Notes: generated by a model not told the origin, from the letters alone. A stretch of 23,363 nt of DNA from Campylobacterota bacterium (GCA_051746405.1 JBNJFB010000038.1:1-23363); one strand, 5' to 3'. Shown: positions 9,731 through 18,313, numbered from the stretch's first letter. Translations and numbers: made by a program.

Positions 9731-9739
9731 AGTATAGCA
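9731..9739 (-). promoter_or_regulatory. Extended -10 promoter for the REC-PAS gene
   Basis: Minus strand TGCTATACT (TGn-TATACT) about 36 bp upstream of ATG 9694. GGAG SD present. Confidence 0.5.
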
Positions 9740-9781
9740 TTAGAGTAACAAGTAATGGTAATTTATATACAATTGTAAAAA

Positions 9782-10525
9782 TTAATAATTTTCAATTTCT
9801 AATATTAACTGTTTGATGTTTTTTTTCTCTTGTATCTCAATTAGTTTCAATCCATCTATGCTAGTATTCATAAAGTCTTTGATTGAAATAATATTTTTCT
9901 GTGACATTTGCTTTAGTACTTCACCTCTATAATGTTTAGCCCAATGACTTACAACTTTTCCATTTTTGATAAACTTAAATGTTAAAATATCTGCTTTAGA
10001 AGATTTATAAAATTTTTCATAATACCCTGCTCTTAAATCTATAATTTCACCCTCAACATACTCATCTAAATAGTTTGTAGTACTGTCTTTATAAAACTTT
10101 TCTATATTAAGATTTGGAAGTTTTGCACCTTGTTTATATTTATAATCAGGAATATTATCATCAGCTTTTAATGGCCCAAATAAGTTAGAAAAAATCACTA
10201 CATTTTCATCTATATAGTTTTGCTCTTGCTTTTTTAAATCATCATAAGAGATTGCATCAAATGCAACTCCTGTATATCTTTGTATAGCTTTCATAGTTGG
10301 CTTATCTTTTAAGCTTTGCTTATATTTAACAACTTCACTATCTTTTTTTAAACCAAACCATTTAGAAAGCTCCTCTATAGATTGACTTTGTATAAACTGC
10401 TCATAGGCATTAAAAGCTTTATCTCTAATATCAGATAACTCATCAAATGCAAAATTCTCTTTGCAGTAAGGTTTTTTGTCTCCCCCTTGTCTTTTTGACT
10501 CTGCTGGGGCTAAAAGTATCTTCAC
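9782..10525 (-). CDS. yaaA: Peroxide stress protein YaaA family
   Basis: MKILLAPAESK, AIQRYTGVAFDA, FSNLFG.L...D.IP.Y, AKHYRG. GTG start with AGGAG SD. Confidence 0.9.
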   Translation of the reverse strand: MKILLAPAESKRQGGDKKPYCKENFAFDELSDIRDKAFNAYEQFIQSQSIEELSKWFGLKKDSEVVKYKQSLKDKPTMKAIQRYTGVAFDAISYDDLKKQEQNYIDENVVIFSNLFGPLKADDNIPDYKYKQGAKLPNLNIEKFYKDSTTNYLDEYVEGEIIDLRAGYYEKFYKSSKADILTFKFIKNGKVVSHWAKHYRGEVLKQMSQKNIISIKDFMNTSIDGLKLIEIQEKKNIKQLILEIENY

Positions 10526-10537
10526 AATCTCTCCTTT

Positions 10538-10951
10538 TTACTCTTTTATTTCACCATCTATATATAACCATCTATTATCTTCTTTTAAAAATCTACTTTT
10601 TTCTTGAAATGACGAATCTATTCCATTTTGAAATATAACTGCTTTAAATGTTACATATGACTCATTTGTATCATCTATAAAATCTATTATTTCTAGTTTT
10701 CTAAACTCTGTAGCTAGAGTAAAACTCTCAATTGATTTCTTCCATGATTTTGTATCTTGTGTAAAATCACTGTTACTTTTATGTGTAGTTTTTATAATAT
10801 ATTTACTATTATTTGTGGCAAATGCACTATATCTTGATTTCATTAGTGTTAATGCATCTTTTGGAAGTGTTCCATCGTGGTATATCTTACAACATTTTTT
10901 ATACTTTTTTAGTGAACCACATGGACATGGATTATTTATAGAAAATTTCAA
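10538..10951 (-). CDS. ychJ: YchJ family protein (SEC-C motif + NTF2-like domain)
   Basis: CPCGS.KKYKKCC, LMKSRYSAF, E.S.F......W.YIDG. TTG start. Extended -10 TGATAAAAT at 10986-10978. Confidence 0.9.
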   Translation of the reverse strand: MKFSINNPCPCGSLKKYKKCCKIYHDGTLPKDALTLMKSRYSAFATNNSKYIIKTTHKSNSDFTQDTKSWKKSIESFTLATEFRKLEIIDFIDDTNESYVTFKAVIFQNGIDSSFQEKSRFLKEDNRWLYIDGEIKE

Positions 10952-10990
10952 AATCTAACCTTTTATTAGTTTTGAAAATTTTATCATAAA

Positions 10991-11022
10991 AGAGTTAGTT
11001 GCCTCCTTAGCAACTAAGCTCT
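10991..11022 (-). terminator. Hairpin downstream of comEA, likely terminator
   Basis: TTAGTTGC-CTCCTTA-GCAACTAA core, extendable by AGAG/CTCT over one bulge. Followed by a short T-run on the minus strand. Confidence 0.55.
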
Positions 11023-11026
11023 ATGA

Positions 11027-11260
11027 CTATTTACTAGCTTTTTTTATCTGCTCAACTAATTTAGGACCAAACCCTTTTATAGTTGTAAGCTCATCTAAAT
11101 TTTCAATCTTGTTATTTTTTCTGTAGTTGATTAAAAGTTCTGCTTTTTTCTCACCAATACCTTTAATTTCCATCAATTGATTTTTACTTGCTTTATTTAC
11201 ATCTATAGCTGCAAATAAAAAACTTGCACTTAAAAAAAGTGCTATAAATACCTTTAGCAT
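11027..11260 (-). CDS. comEA: ComEA/ComE-type periplasmic helix-hairpin-helix DNA-binding protein
   Basis: Signal peptide, IDVNKAS..QL, IKGIGEKKA and IKGFG HhH motifs. AAGGAG SD. Confidence 0.9.
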   Translation of the reverse strand: MLKVFIALFLSASFLFAAIDVNKASKNQLMEIKGIGEKKAELLINYRKNNKIENLDELTTIKGFGPKLVEQIKKASK

Positions 11261-11286
11261 ATAACTCCTTTGAAATGATTTTATTA

Positions 11287-11315
11287 ATTATATACTAATT
11301 TAGTATAAAAGTAAA
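11287..11315 (-). promoter_or_regulatory. sigma70-type promoter for comEA
   Basis: Minus strand TTTACT (11315-11310), 17 bp, TATAAT (11292-11287). Confidence 0.5.
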
Positions 11316-11331
11316 GAGTTACTTTACTTTT
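11307..11331 (-). terminator. Hairpin after the Crp/Fnr gene
   Basis: AAAAGTAAAG-AGTTA-CTTTACTTTT, a perfect but AT-rich 10-bp inverted repeat. Confidence 0.45.
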
Positions 11332-11349
11332 TTATTAAATTTTTATTAT

Positions 11350-11997
11350 TTAAATAGAGATGTAACTTTTTAGTGCATCATGGTCAGTAATTTTTATATG
11401 CCCCTTATAACTTGTAACTATTTTCTCTTTTTTTAGTTTTGCTACTCTTCTTGAAAAAGTTTCTGGGGTTATATTAAGTATTTGTGCAATTTTGACTTGT
11501 TTTAGGTTGATTAATATATCTTCATTTTCAATTAAAAATTTTGCAATTTTTTCTATACTATTTGAACTAATATTATATGAAATAAAATTCTCTAAGGCTT
11601 TAATCTTCTTTGTAAGTGATTTTATAAAAAACATTGATGTTTCCGGCTTTAGTAAAAACTGTTTCTTAAACTTCTCATAATTAATTAATAAAATCTCTGA
11701 GTTTGTTTCAAAGGCACAGTTTGCTGGATATGGTACCTCTTCATAGTTTGCTATCTCTGCTATTAATGATTGTGATACTAAGTTATGTATTATTATTTCA
11801 TTCTCTTTTGAGTCATGGGTATATAGTTTTACAATACCTTTTGATAAAAGATATAGATATTTAGGCTCATCACCCCTATAAAAAAGAATTTCATCTTTGT
11901 TAAAATATTTTTTTACACTTATTTTTTTTAATTTTTCCAAATCCTCTTTTTTTAAAAAGCTAAAGAGCTTTAAATCTTCATCATTTATATTTGTCAT
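11350..11997 (-). CDS. Crp/Fnr family transcriptional regulator (no FNR Cys cluster; DNR/NssR-like)
   Basis: cNMP-like beta-barrel (LF..GD....LY.L..G.VKL, IAE, YPA) and C-terminal HTH IAQILNITPETFSR. Confidence 0.9.
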   Translation of the reverse strand: MTNINDEDLKLFSFLKKEDLEKLKKISVKKYFNKDEILFYRGDEPKYLYLLSKGIVKLYTHDSKENEIIIHNLVSQSLIAEIANYEEVPYPANCAFETNSEILLINYEKFKKQFLLKPETSMFFIKSLTKKIKALENFISYNISSNSIEKIAKFLIENEDILINLKQVKIAQILNITPETFSRRVAKLKKEKIVTSYKGHIKITDHDALKSYISI

Positions 11998-12000
11998 TAT

Positions 12001-12648
12001 TTACCAATCTATCTGTTTTTTATTTAATCTTTTTAAAATCTCATTTGTTTTTGAAAAGTGTTTACAACCAAAAAATCCTCTATATGCAGACAATGGACTT
12101 GGATGAACACCTTTTAAAATAAAATGCTTTTGCTTATCAATTAACTTCTCTTTTTTTATAGCATTTGTACCCCATAAAATAAATACAACATTTTCTTTAT
12201 AGTTTGAAATAAATCTAATCAAATTATCTGTGAAAATTTCCCACCCCATCTTATGATGTGATTTTGCTTTTGCTTCTTGCACTGTCAAAATAGCATTTAT
12301 AAGTAAAACTCCATCTTTTGCCCATGGGGTTAAATCGCCATCTTCACACTTTGATTCTTTATTTAAATCACTATTTATCTCTTTTAACATATTCTTCATA
12401 GAAGGTGGGTTTTTAATATCACTTGGAGTAGAAAATGCTAAACCTTGAGCTTGATTAACACCGTGGTAAGGGTCTTGCCCTAAAAGTACAACTGTAGTAT
12501 CTTCAAAAGGGGTTAATTCAAAAGCATTATATATTTTCTCTTTTGGAGGAAAAACTGTTGTTTTATCATAAGCTTCATTTACTTTTTGTTCTAATATTTT
12601 AAAGTACTCTTTATCTTTTTCCTGTTTAAAAAAATCATTCCAAGTCAT
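12001..12648 (-). CDS. ung: Uracil-DNA glycosylase (family 1)
   Basis: GQDPYH, GLAFS, PPS..N, GVLLIN and HPSPLSA..GF motifs. Confidence 0.97.
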   Translation of the reverse strand: MTWNDFFKQEKDKEYFKILEQKVNEAYDKTTVFPPKEKIYNAFELTPFEDTTVVLLGQDPYHGVNQAQGLAFSTPSDIKNPPSMKNMLKEINSDLNKESKCEDGDLTPWAKDGVLLINAILTVQEAKAKSHHKMGWEIFTDNLIRFISNYKENVVFILWGTNAIKKEKLIDKQKHFILKGVHPSPLSAYRGFFGCKHFSKTNEILKRLNKKQIDW

Positions 12649-12673
12649 TTATGTATAGCCTTAAATATGAAGT

Positions 12674-12695
12674 AACTAAGGCAGTTGCCTTAGTT
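12674..12695 (-). terminator. Hairpin downstream of the aldehyde dehydrogenase gene
   Basis: AACTAAGGC-AGTT-GCCTTAGTT, 9-bp stem 12 bp past the stop codon. Confidence 0.6.
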
Positions 12696-12707
12696 TAATT
12701 TTTTATC

Positions 12708-14099
12708 TTATAATACAGGAGATTTAATTACCATTAATTTCTCATTGCTCATTTCATCCATTGAGTTTAAAATACCTCCAAGACCAAGTCCTGAAGCTTT
12801 TGCTCCACCAAATGGCATCCAGTCAACTCTAAATGCTGTATGGTCATTTACCATTACAGCTGTTCCATTTAATCTTTTAACTGCATAAAAAGCATTATCA
12901 ATATTTTTTGTAAATATTGCAGCTTGGAAAGATACCTCTAAACCATTTGCTCTGTTGATTGCTTCATCTAAATCTTTATAAGAGTAGATACAAACAACTG
13001 GACCAAATACCTCTTTTGTTGATACTAAAGCATCATCAGATGGGTTTAAAATAACAGTTGGTTCAAAACAAGAATCAGAGATTCTAGCACCACCTGTTAA
13101 AACCTTACCACCTTTTAATACAGCCTCTTCTACCCAAGACTCTACTCTATCAACTTCATTGTTATTAATTAGTGGACCAACCTCTGTTTTTGAATCCATT
13201 TGATCTCCCACAACTAATTGTGAAGCTTTTTGTGATAGTTTTTGTGCAACCTCATCAACTATATCTTCATGTACATATACTCTTTGTACTGATACACAAA
13301 CCTGCCCTGCGTGATAGAAACCGCCTTTTGTAATAGCAGGTATTAAATCCTCAATATCTGCATCTTTTTCAATAATCACAGGTGCAACACCACCATGCTC
13401 TAGTGCAACTCTAGTACCGTTTGCTACTTTTGAGTTTAAACTCCAACCAACATCTCCTGAACCAATAAATGTAAGGAAATTAATCTTAGGTGAAGTTGCT
13501 AATAGTTCAGCCCCTTTTCTATCACAAACAATTGCTTGAGCCCAACCTTGAGGTAATCCAGCCTCTTCTAAAATCTCAACTAATCTTATTGCACTCATTG
13601 GAGTTTGAGTAGCTGGTTTTATAATAACAGGACATCCAACTGCAATTGCAGGTATTACTTGATGAACAGCTAAGTTAAATGGGTGATTAAATGCAGAAAT
13701 TGCTGCAACTACCCCAATTGGTTCTTTAAAAGTATATGCCATTCTATTTGCACTACTTGCAGTATGACCCATTGCTATCTCTTTTCCTTCAAAAGCTCCC
13801 ATATGTTCAATAGCAAGTTTAACTCCATTTATTGCTCTATTTACTTCTACTTTAGAGTCAATATAAGGTTTTCCACCCTCACTTGCACAAAGATTAGTAA
13901 GCTCTTCAACTTGTGAGCTCATAATCTGCACTACTTTTTCTAAAATCTCAACTCTTTTAAACTTTGGAATTACATTTTCATAATCTAAAAAAGTAGCTTG
14001 TGCTATATCTAATGACTTTTGAACTTCGTCAACTGACTTTAACGGAACTTCTCCAACTTTACTTCCATCAAATGGTGATGTTACTTCTACTGTACCCAT
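12708..14099 (-). CDS. NAD(P)-dependent aldehyde dehydrogenase (RL0313/ALDH21-like subfamily)
   Basis: AFNHP, KPA..TP, FIGS..VG, LEHGG, GQVCVS (catalytic Cys), EVFGP, RVDWMPFGG. Start set to ATG 14099, which has an AGGAG SD. The ORF-track start at 14123 lies inside the upstream gene. Confidence 0.9.
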   Translation of the reverse strand: MGTVEVTSPFDGSKVGEVPLKSVDEVQKSLDIAQATFLDYENVIPKFKRVEILEKVVQIMSSQVEELTNLCASEGGKPYIDSKVEVNRAINGVKLAIEHMGAFEGKEIAMGHTASSANRMAYTFKEPIGVVAAISAFNHPFNLAVHQVIPAIAVGCPVIIKPATQTPMSAIRLVEILEEAGLPQGWAQAIVCDRKGAELLATSPKINFLTFIGSGDVGWSLNSKVANGTRVALEHGGVAPVIIEKDADIEDLIPAITKGGFYHAGQVCVSVQRVYVHEDIVDEVAQKLSQKASQLVVGDQMDSKTEVGPLINNNEVDRVESWVEEAVLKGGKVLTGGARISDSCFEPTVILNPSDDALVSTKEVFGPVVCIYSYKDLDEAINRANGLEVSFQAAIFTKNIDNAFYAVKRLNGTAVMVNDHTAFRVDWMPFGGAKASGLGLGGILNSMDEMSNEKLMVIKSPVL

Positions 14100-14110
14100 A
14101 ATTTTCTCCT

Positions 14111-15757
14111 TTATATCAAACATTTTTTCTTAGCTAATAGTTCATTTAATATCTCATGATTTAGTGAATAATCAACAGCTAAATCAATCAAATGAACACC
14201 TTTTGAGTTTAAACTCTCATCTAATGTTTTTTCAAACTCCTCACAAGAAGTTGGTCTATGACCTATTGCACCATATGAGTTTGCATACTGTACAAAATCA
14301 GGATTACCTAAATCAAGTCCATAACTATCAAATCCCATACCTGTTTGTTTCCATTTAATCATACCATATGCATTATCATTTAGAATAATTACTACTAAAT
14401 CAAGCTTTAATCTAACAGCTGTCTCTAACTCTTGCGAATTCATCATAAATCCACCATCACCACAAACAGTAACCACTTTCTTATTTGGATTTACAATCTT
14501 TGCAGCTATTGCTGAGGGAAGACCTGCTCCCATAGTTGCAAGTGCATTATCTAAAAGTAAAGTATTTGGAAATGAACATCTATAGTTTCTTGCAAACCAA
14601 ATCTTATAAACACCATTATCTAAAGTTACAATATCTTCTTGATCTAAAGCTTTTCTTATAGTACGTACAGCTTTTTGTGGCAAAATTGGAAATCTTGAAT
14701 CTCCAAAATATTTACTAAGATGAGTTCTTACTTCTTTAACCATCATTTTAAAGTATTCAAAATCCCAATGCTCTTGAGGAGATATTGCTCTTCTTAGATT
14801 ATTTATATTTGAAGCAATCTCACCTAAAACATCAAGCTGTGGGAAATAGGCATCATCAACCTCTGATGGGAAGAAGTTTATATGAATTACTTTTTTTGCT
14901 CCTTTTTCATTTTCCATAAAAAATGGAGGCTTTTCAATTACATCATGACCCACATTTATTATTAAATCTGCCCTATCAATTGCACAATGTATAAAATCAT
15001 CCTGTGATAGTGCAGCTGTACTTAGACATAGTTTATGGTTTTCATCAATTACACCTTTTCCCATTTGAGTTGAGAAAAATGGTATTCCTGTCTCATTTAC
15101 AAAGTTTGTAAGCTCTGTTGAGATTTTACTTTTATTTGCTCCAGCTGCTATTAAAAGAAGTGGTCTTTTTGCTTTTTCTATCATCCTAACAGCTTCTAAA
15201 ATAGTCTCTTCATCTGCTTTTGGATACCTATAATCTCTTACAGGATAGATATTTTCATCAACTTCTTCAGCTGCAATATCTTCTGGAAGTTCAATATGAA
15301 CAGCCCCTGGTCTTTGTGTTGTAGCTAACTTAAATGCATCTCTTACAACCGAGGGGATATTATTTCCATTTACAAGCTGTTTTGCATATTTTGTCATAGG
15401 CTTCATCATATTTACAATATCAACTATTTGAAACCTACCTTGTTTTGATTTTTTGATTGGTTTTTGACCTGTTATCATAAGCATTGGCATTGCACCAAGC
15501 TGTGCATAAGCTGCACTTGTAGCAAAGTTTGTAGCTCCTGGTCCTAAAGTTGATAAACATACACCAACTTTTCCAGTAAGCCTTCCATAAGTTGCAGCCA
15601 TAAACCCAGCTGCTTGCTCATGTCTAGTTAGAATAAGTTTAATTTTGGATTTCCTTAAAGACTCTAGTAAATCTAAGTTCTCTTCTCCTGGAATTCCAAA
15701 AATATATTCAACATTCTCATTTTCTAAAGCTTTTACGAATAAATCTGACGCTTTCAT
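14111..15757 (-). CDS. ThDP-dependent enzyme, acetolactate-synthase-large-subunit-like (possible 2-oxoacid decarboxylase)
   Basis: FGIPGEENL, RHEQAAGFMA, STLGPGATN, ThDP motif GDGGFMMN...NDN.YGMI. No regulatory small subunit is adjacent. Confidence 0.88.
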   Translation of the reverse strand: MKASDLFVKALENENVEYIFGIPGEENLDLLESLRKSKIKLILTRHEQAAGFMAATYGRLTGKVGVCLSTLGPGATNFATSAAYAQLGAMPMLMITGQKPIKKSKQGRFQIVDIVNMMKPMTKYAKQLVNGNNIPSVVRDAFKLATTQRPGAVHIELPEDIAAEEVDENIYPVRDYRYPKADEETILEAVRMIEKAKRPLLLIAAGANKSKISTELTNFVNETGIPFFSTQMGKGVIDENHKLCLSTAALSQDDFIHCAIDRADLIINVGHDVIEKPPFFMENEKGAKKVIHINFFPSEVDDAYFPQLDVLGEIASNINNLRRAISPQEHWDFEYFKMMVKEVRTHLSKYFGDSRFPILPQKAVRTIRKALDQEDIVTLDNGVYKIWFARNYRCSFPNTLLLDNALATMGAGLPSAIAAKIVNPNKKVVTVCGDGGFMMNSQELETAVRLKLDLVVIILNDNAYGMIKWKQTGMGFDSYGLDLGNPDFVQYANSYGAIGHRPTSCEEFEKTLDESLNSKGVHLIDLAVDYSLNHEILNELLAKKKCLI

Positions 15758-15793
15758 TTTTTTACCTTATTTAAATTATTATTGTTTTTATCT

Positions 15794-15810
15794 TTGATAA
15801 TCATATTCAA
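15794..15810. promoter_or_regulatory. Fur-box-like palindrome in the leader of the ThDP-enzyme/ALDH operon
   Basis: TTGATAATCATATTCAA matches the 7-1-7 Fur consensus TGATAAT-N-ATTATCA at 12 of 14 defined positions. Confidence 0.5.
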
Positions 15811-15847
15811 TATCTATTAAAATTAATCTTAAATCTGCACTATTAAA

Positions 15848-15856
15848 ATTATAGCA
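15848..15856 (-). promoter_or_regulatory. Extended -10 promoter of the ThDP-enzyme/ALDH operon
   Basis: Minus strand TGCTATAAT, a perfect TGn-TATAAT about 90 bp upstream of ATG 15757. Confidence 0.65.
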
Positions 15857-15927
15857 CTATTTTTACATTGTTTATATGAAATTAAACAATATTTATATAC
15901 TATCAATCAAAATTTAATAAAAGGTTA

Positions 15928-16575
15928 ATGTTGAAAGGAATTATATTTGATTTAGATGGTACATTGATTGATTCACTTGAAGATATCGCTGTATGCATGA
16001 ATAAGGTATTAAAAAACAATGGTTTTGAAACTTATGATATTCCTAAATATAAAGATTTTGTAGGTGGAGGAGTTGAGTTTTTAGTAAAAAATGTTCTAAA
16101 AACAAAAGAACAAAAAATTATAAAAGATAAAATCACTAAAGAGTTTAAAGATATTTATGAACAACAGCTCCATTCAAAAACAAAAGCTTATGATGGAGTT
16201 TATGAATTACTTGATAGATTACAAAATGAAAACTATAAGATAGGGATTTTATCTAATAAACCCCATCAATTTACAATTGAGTATGCAAAACTACTTTTTA
16301 GTAAATATAACTTTTTAGAAGTTCATGGTCAAAAAGAGGATATACCAAAAAAACCTGACCCTAAAAGTGCCATATCTATTGCAAATCAATTTGGTATTTC
16401 ATGTGAAGATATTTACTTTATAGGTGATACACAAGTGGATATGCAAACTGCAAAAAATGCTAATATGAAAGCAATTGGTGTACTTTGGGGTTTTAGAACA
16501 AAAGAAGAGCTTCAAGCTAGTGGTGCTGATTTTTTAGTAAATCATCCTTTAGATATTTTGGATATTATAAACTAA
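15928..16575 (+). CDS. HAD-superfamily hydrolase, phosphoglycolate phosphatase-like
   Basis: Motif I FDLDGTLIDS, LSNK, KKPDP, motif IV IGDTQVD, VLWGF. Confidence 0.88.
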   Translation: MLKGIIFDLDGTLIDSLEDIAVCMNKVLKNNGFETYDIPKYKDFVGGGVEFLVKNVLKTKEQKIIKDKITKEFKDIYEQQLHSKTKAYDGVYELLDRLQNENYKIGILSNKPHQFTIEYAKLLFSKYNFLEVHGQKEDIPKKPDPKSAISIANQFGISCEDIYFIGDTQVDMQTAKNANMKAIGVLWGFRTKEELQASGADFLVNHPLDILDIIN

Positions 16576-16577
16576 TT

Positions 16578-17729
16578 ATGAGAAAACCCTCAAATCATAT
16601 CGCTTTAGTAGTCTTACTGGCTGTTTTATCTTCTGTTGCACCAATGGGAGTGGATACTTATTTACCATCTATTCCACAAATTGCAAAGGATTTTAACGTA
16701 TCTATTGAAAAAATAGAGTTATCCCTAACAATTTTTTTAATAGGATTTACAATAGGTCAAATCTTTGGTGGTCCCATTTCAGATAGATTTGGTAGAAGAA
16801 ACAGCTCTATTTTTGGATTATTAGGATTTTCACTTTTTAGTTTTATTATAATCTTTGCATCTAGTGTGTATGAACTTTGGATTTATAGATTTATAGAAGC
16901 ATTCTTTGGTGGTATTGTTTTTGTTAATGCAGCTGCTTCAATTAGAGATAGATTTCATGGTAAAGAAGCTGCAAAGGTATATTCACTAATGGGAGTTGTA
17001 AGAAGTGCTGCACCTCTTGTAGCACCATTTATTGGTGCATTTATAATTCACTTTTTCGCTTGGCAAGCTGTATTTATATTTTTGACTATATACTCTTTGG
17101 TAGTTGCATTTTTTGTTTATGAAAAACTAGATGAGAGCTTTACATACGTAAAACAAAGTGTCTATAACTCTTTTAAGATTGTACTTTCAAACTTTGAAGC
17201 TGTGAAAATTATGCTTGTTTTAGGTTTCTCTTTTGGTGGTTTCTTTTTATTGATTTCAAAAAGCTCATTTATATATATAGAGTATTTTGATATTTCAACA
17301 GACTATTTTCCATTTTTCTTTGCAGTAAACTTTTTAGTTTTAATGTCACTTGCAAGACTAAATATAATGCTTGTAAAATATTTCAAAACAATAAATATTG
17401 TAAGATTTGCTTTAATAATACAAATAGTTGCAGGAGTATTATTTATAATAAATCATGAAAATATATCATTAATCACAACTGTAGTTTTAATAGCTGCTTA
17501 CATGGGTTCTATGGCATTTATATTTGGTAACTGTGTTGCACTTGCCATTGAATATTTTCCAAACAATGCAGGAGTTGCATCTAGTGTAATTGGAGTATTA
17601 CAGTTTGGTCTTGGTTCTTTAATCTCATCCCTTGCTTTAAATTATCATGGGGGAACATTTTTACCTATTGGGGTTAGTATTACTTTTGTTTCAGCAGTTG
17701 CATTTTTATTAATAGTAAAAAATAAATAG
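16578..17729 (+). CDS. Bcr/CflA family MFS multidrug efflux transporter
   Basis: About 12 TM segments. DTYLPS.P.IA, GPISDRFGRR and APLVAP.IG motifs. Confidence 0.9.
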   Translation: MRKPSNHIALVVLLAVLSSVAPMGVDTYLPSIPQIAKDFNVSIEKIELSLTIFLIGFTIGQIFGGPISDRFGRRNSSIFGLLGFSLFSFIIIFASSVYELWIYRFIEAFFGGIVFVNAAASIRDRFHGKEAAKVYSLMGVVRSAAPLVAPFIGAFIIHFFAWQAVFIFLTIYSLVVAFFVYEKLDESFTYVKQSVYNSFKIVLSNFEAVKIMLVLGFSFGGFFLLISKSSFIYIEYFDISTDYFPFFFAVNFLVLMSLARLNIMLVKYFKTINIVRFALIIQIVAGVLFIINHENISLITTVVLIAAYMGSMAFIFGNCVALAIEYFPNNAGVASSVIGVLQFGLGSLISSLALNYHGGTFLPIGVSITFVSAVAFLLIVKNK

Positions 17730-17739
17730 ATGTATATAT

Positions 17740-18120
17740 TTATACATCTATTTCAAAGAAACTCTCTTGAGTTTTTTGATATTTTGCTACAGAACATGAT
17801 ATTTTTTTTGCATTACTATAATCTTTAAACTCATCTAAAAAAAGCTTTTGAAGTTTTTTCTCATCTACTGTTCTAAAAATAAAATACCCTAAAATATCAG
17901 CATTTCTTGAACCTGGCTTTTCAATTCCAAAGCTATCAAACTTCCAATGAACTCCTTTAGAAAAGAAAAACACCTCTTTAATTCTTCTTTTTAAATCTGC
18001 TCTTACACTGTCATTAAACTCTTTTAAGTGTACATAAAAAGCAACATTTGTATTAAACTCTTCTTGCACTAATTTCTCTTGTTCTTTTGTAACTGGTTTT
18101 TGTGTTACTTCAATACTCAT
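17740..18120 (-). CDS. Hypothetical protein
   Basis: 126-aa ORF with AAGG SD and TATAAT (18164-18159) upstream. Fills the gap between genes. No recognised motif. Confidence 0.7.
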   Translation of the reverse strand: MSIEVTQKPVTKEQEKLVQEEFNTNVAFYVHLKEFNDSVRADLKRRIKEVFFFSKGVHWKFDSFGIEKPGSRNADILGYFIFRTVDEKKLQKLFLDEFKDYSNAKKISCSVAKYQKTQESFFEIDV

Positions 18121-18313
18121 ATTATTAACCTTTTTAAATTTTCCTAACTATACTCCATATTATAGTAAATAAACATAAGAATAAGGATAAGAAAAGGGTT
18201 TAGTTTGAAAATTAAGGGAAAAATTTACTACTTTTTTATTCCCAAATAATTGATATTTTTAAAAAGTTAAGAGCAGAATTTATATTATGGATTTATTTGG
18301 GTTTACTCATATT

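Noticed and set aside
10955..10987. Ten-codon minus-strand ORF (MIKFSKLIKG) after the AGGAGG in the comEA hairpin
   Set aside because: The SD is 14 nt away, and the ATG is better explained as overlapping the TGATAAAAT extended -10 of ychJ.
4169..14358. Short opposite-strand ORFs at 4169, 5830, 6166, 7449, 8043, 10447, 11492, 11897, 13683 and 14164
   Set aside because: All lie antisense to well-supported genes and show the F/L/S/I-rich composition expected from reverse-complemented AT-rich coding DNA.
18175..18192. (ATAAGR)x3 tandem hexamer
   Set aside because: Short and low complexity, plausible by chance.
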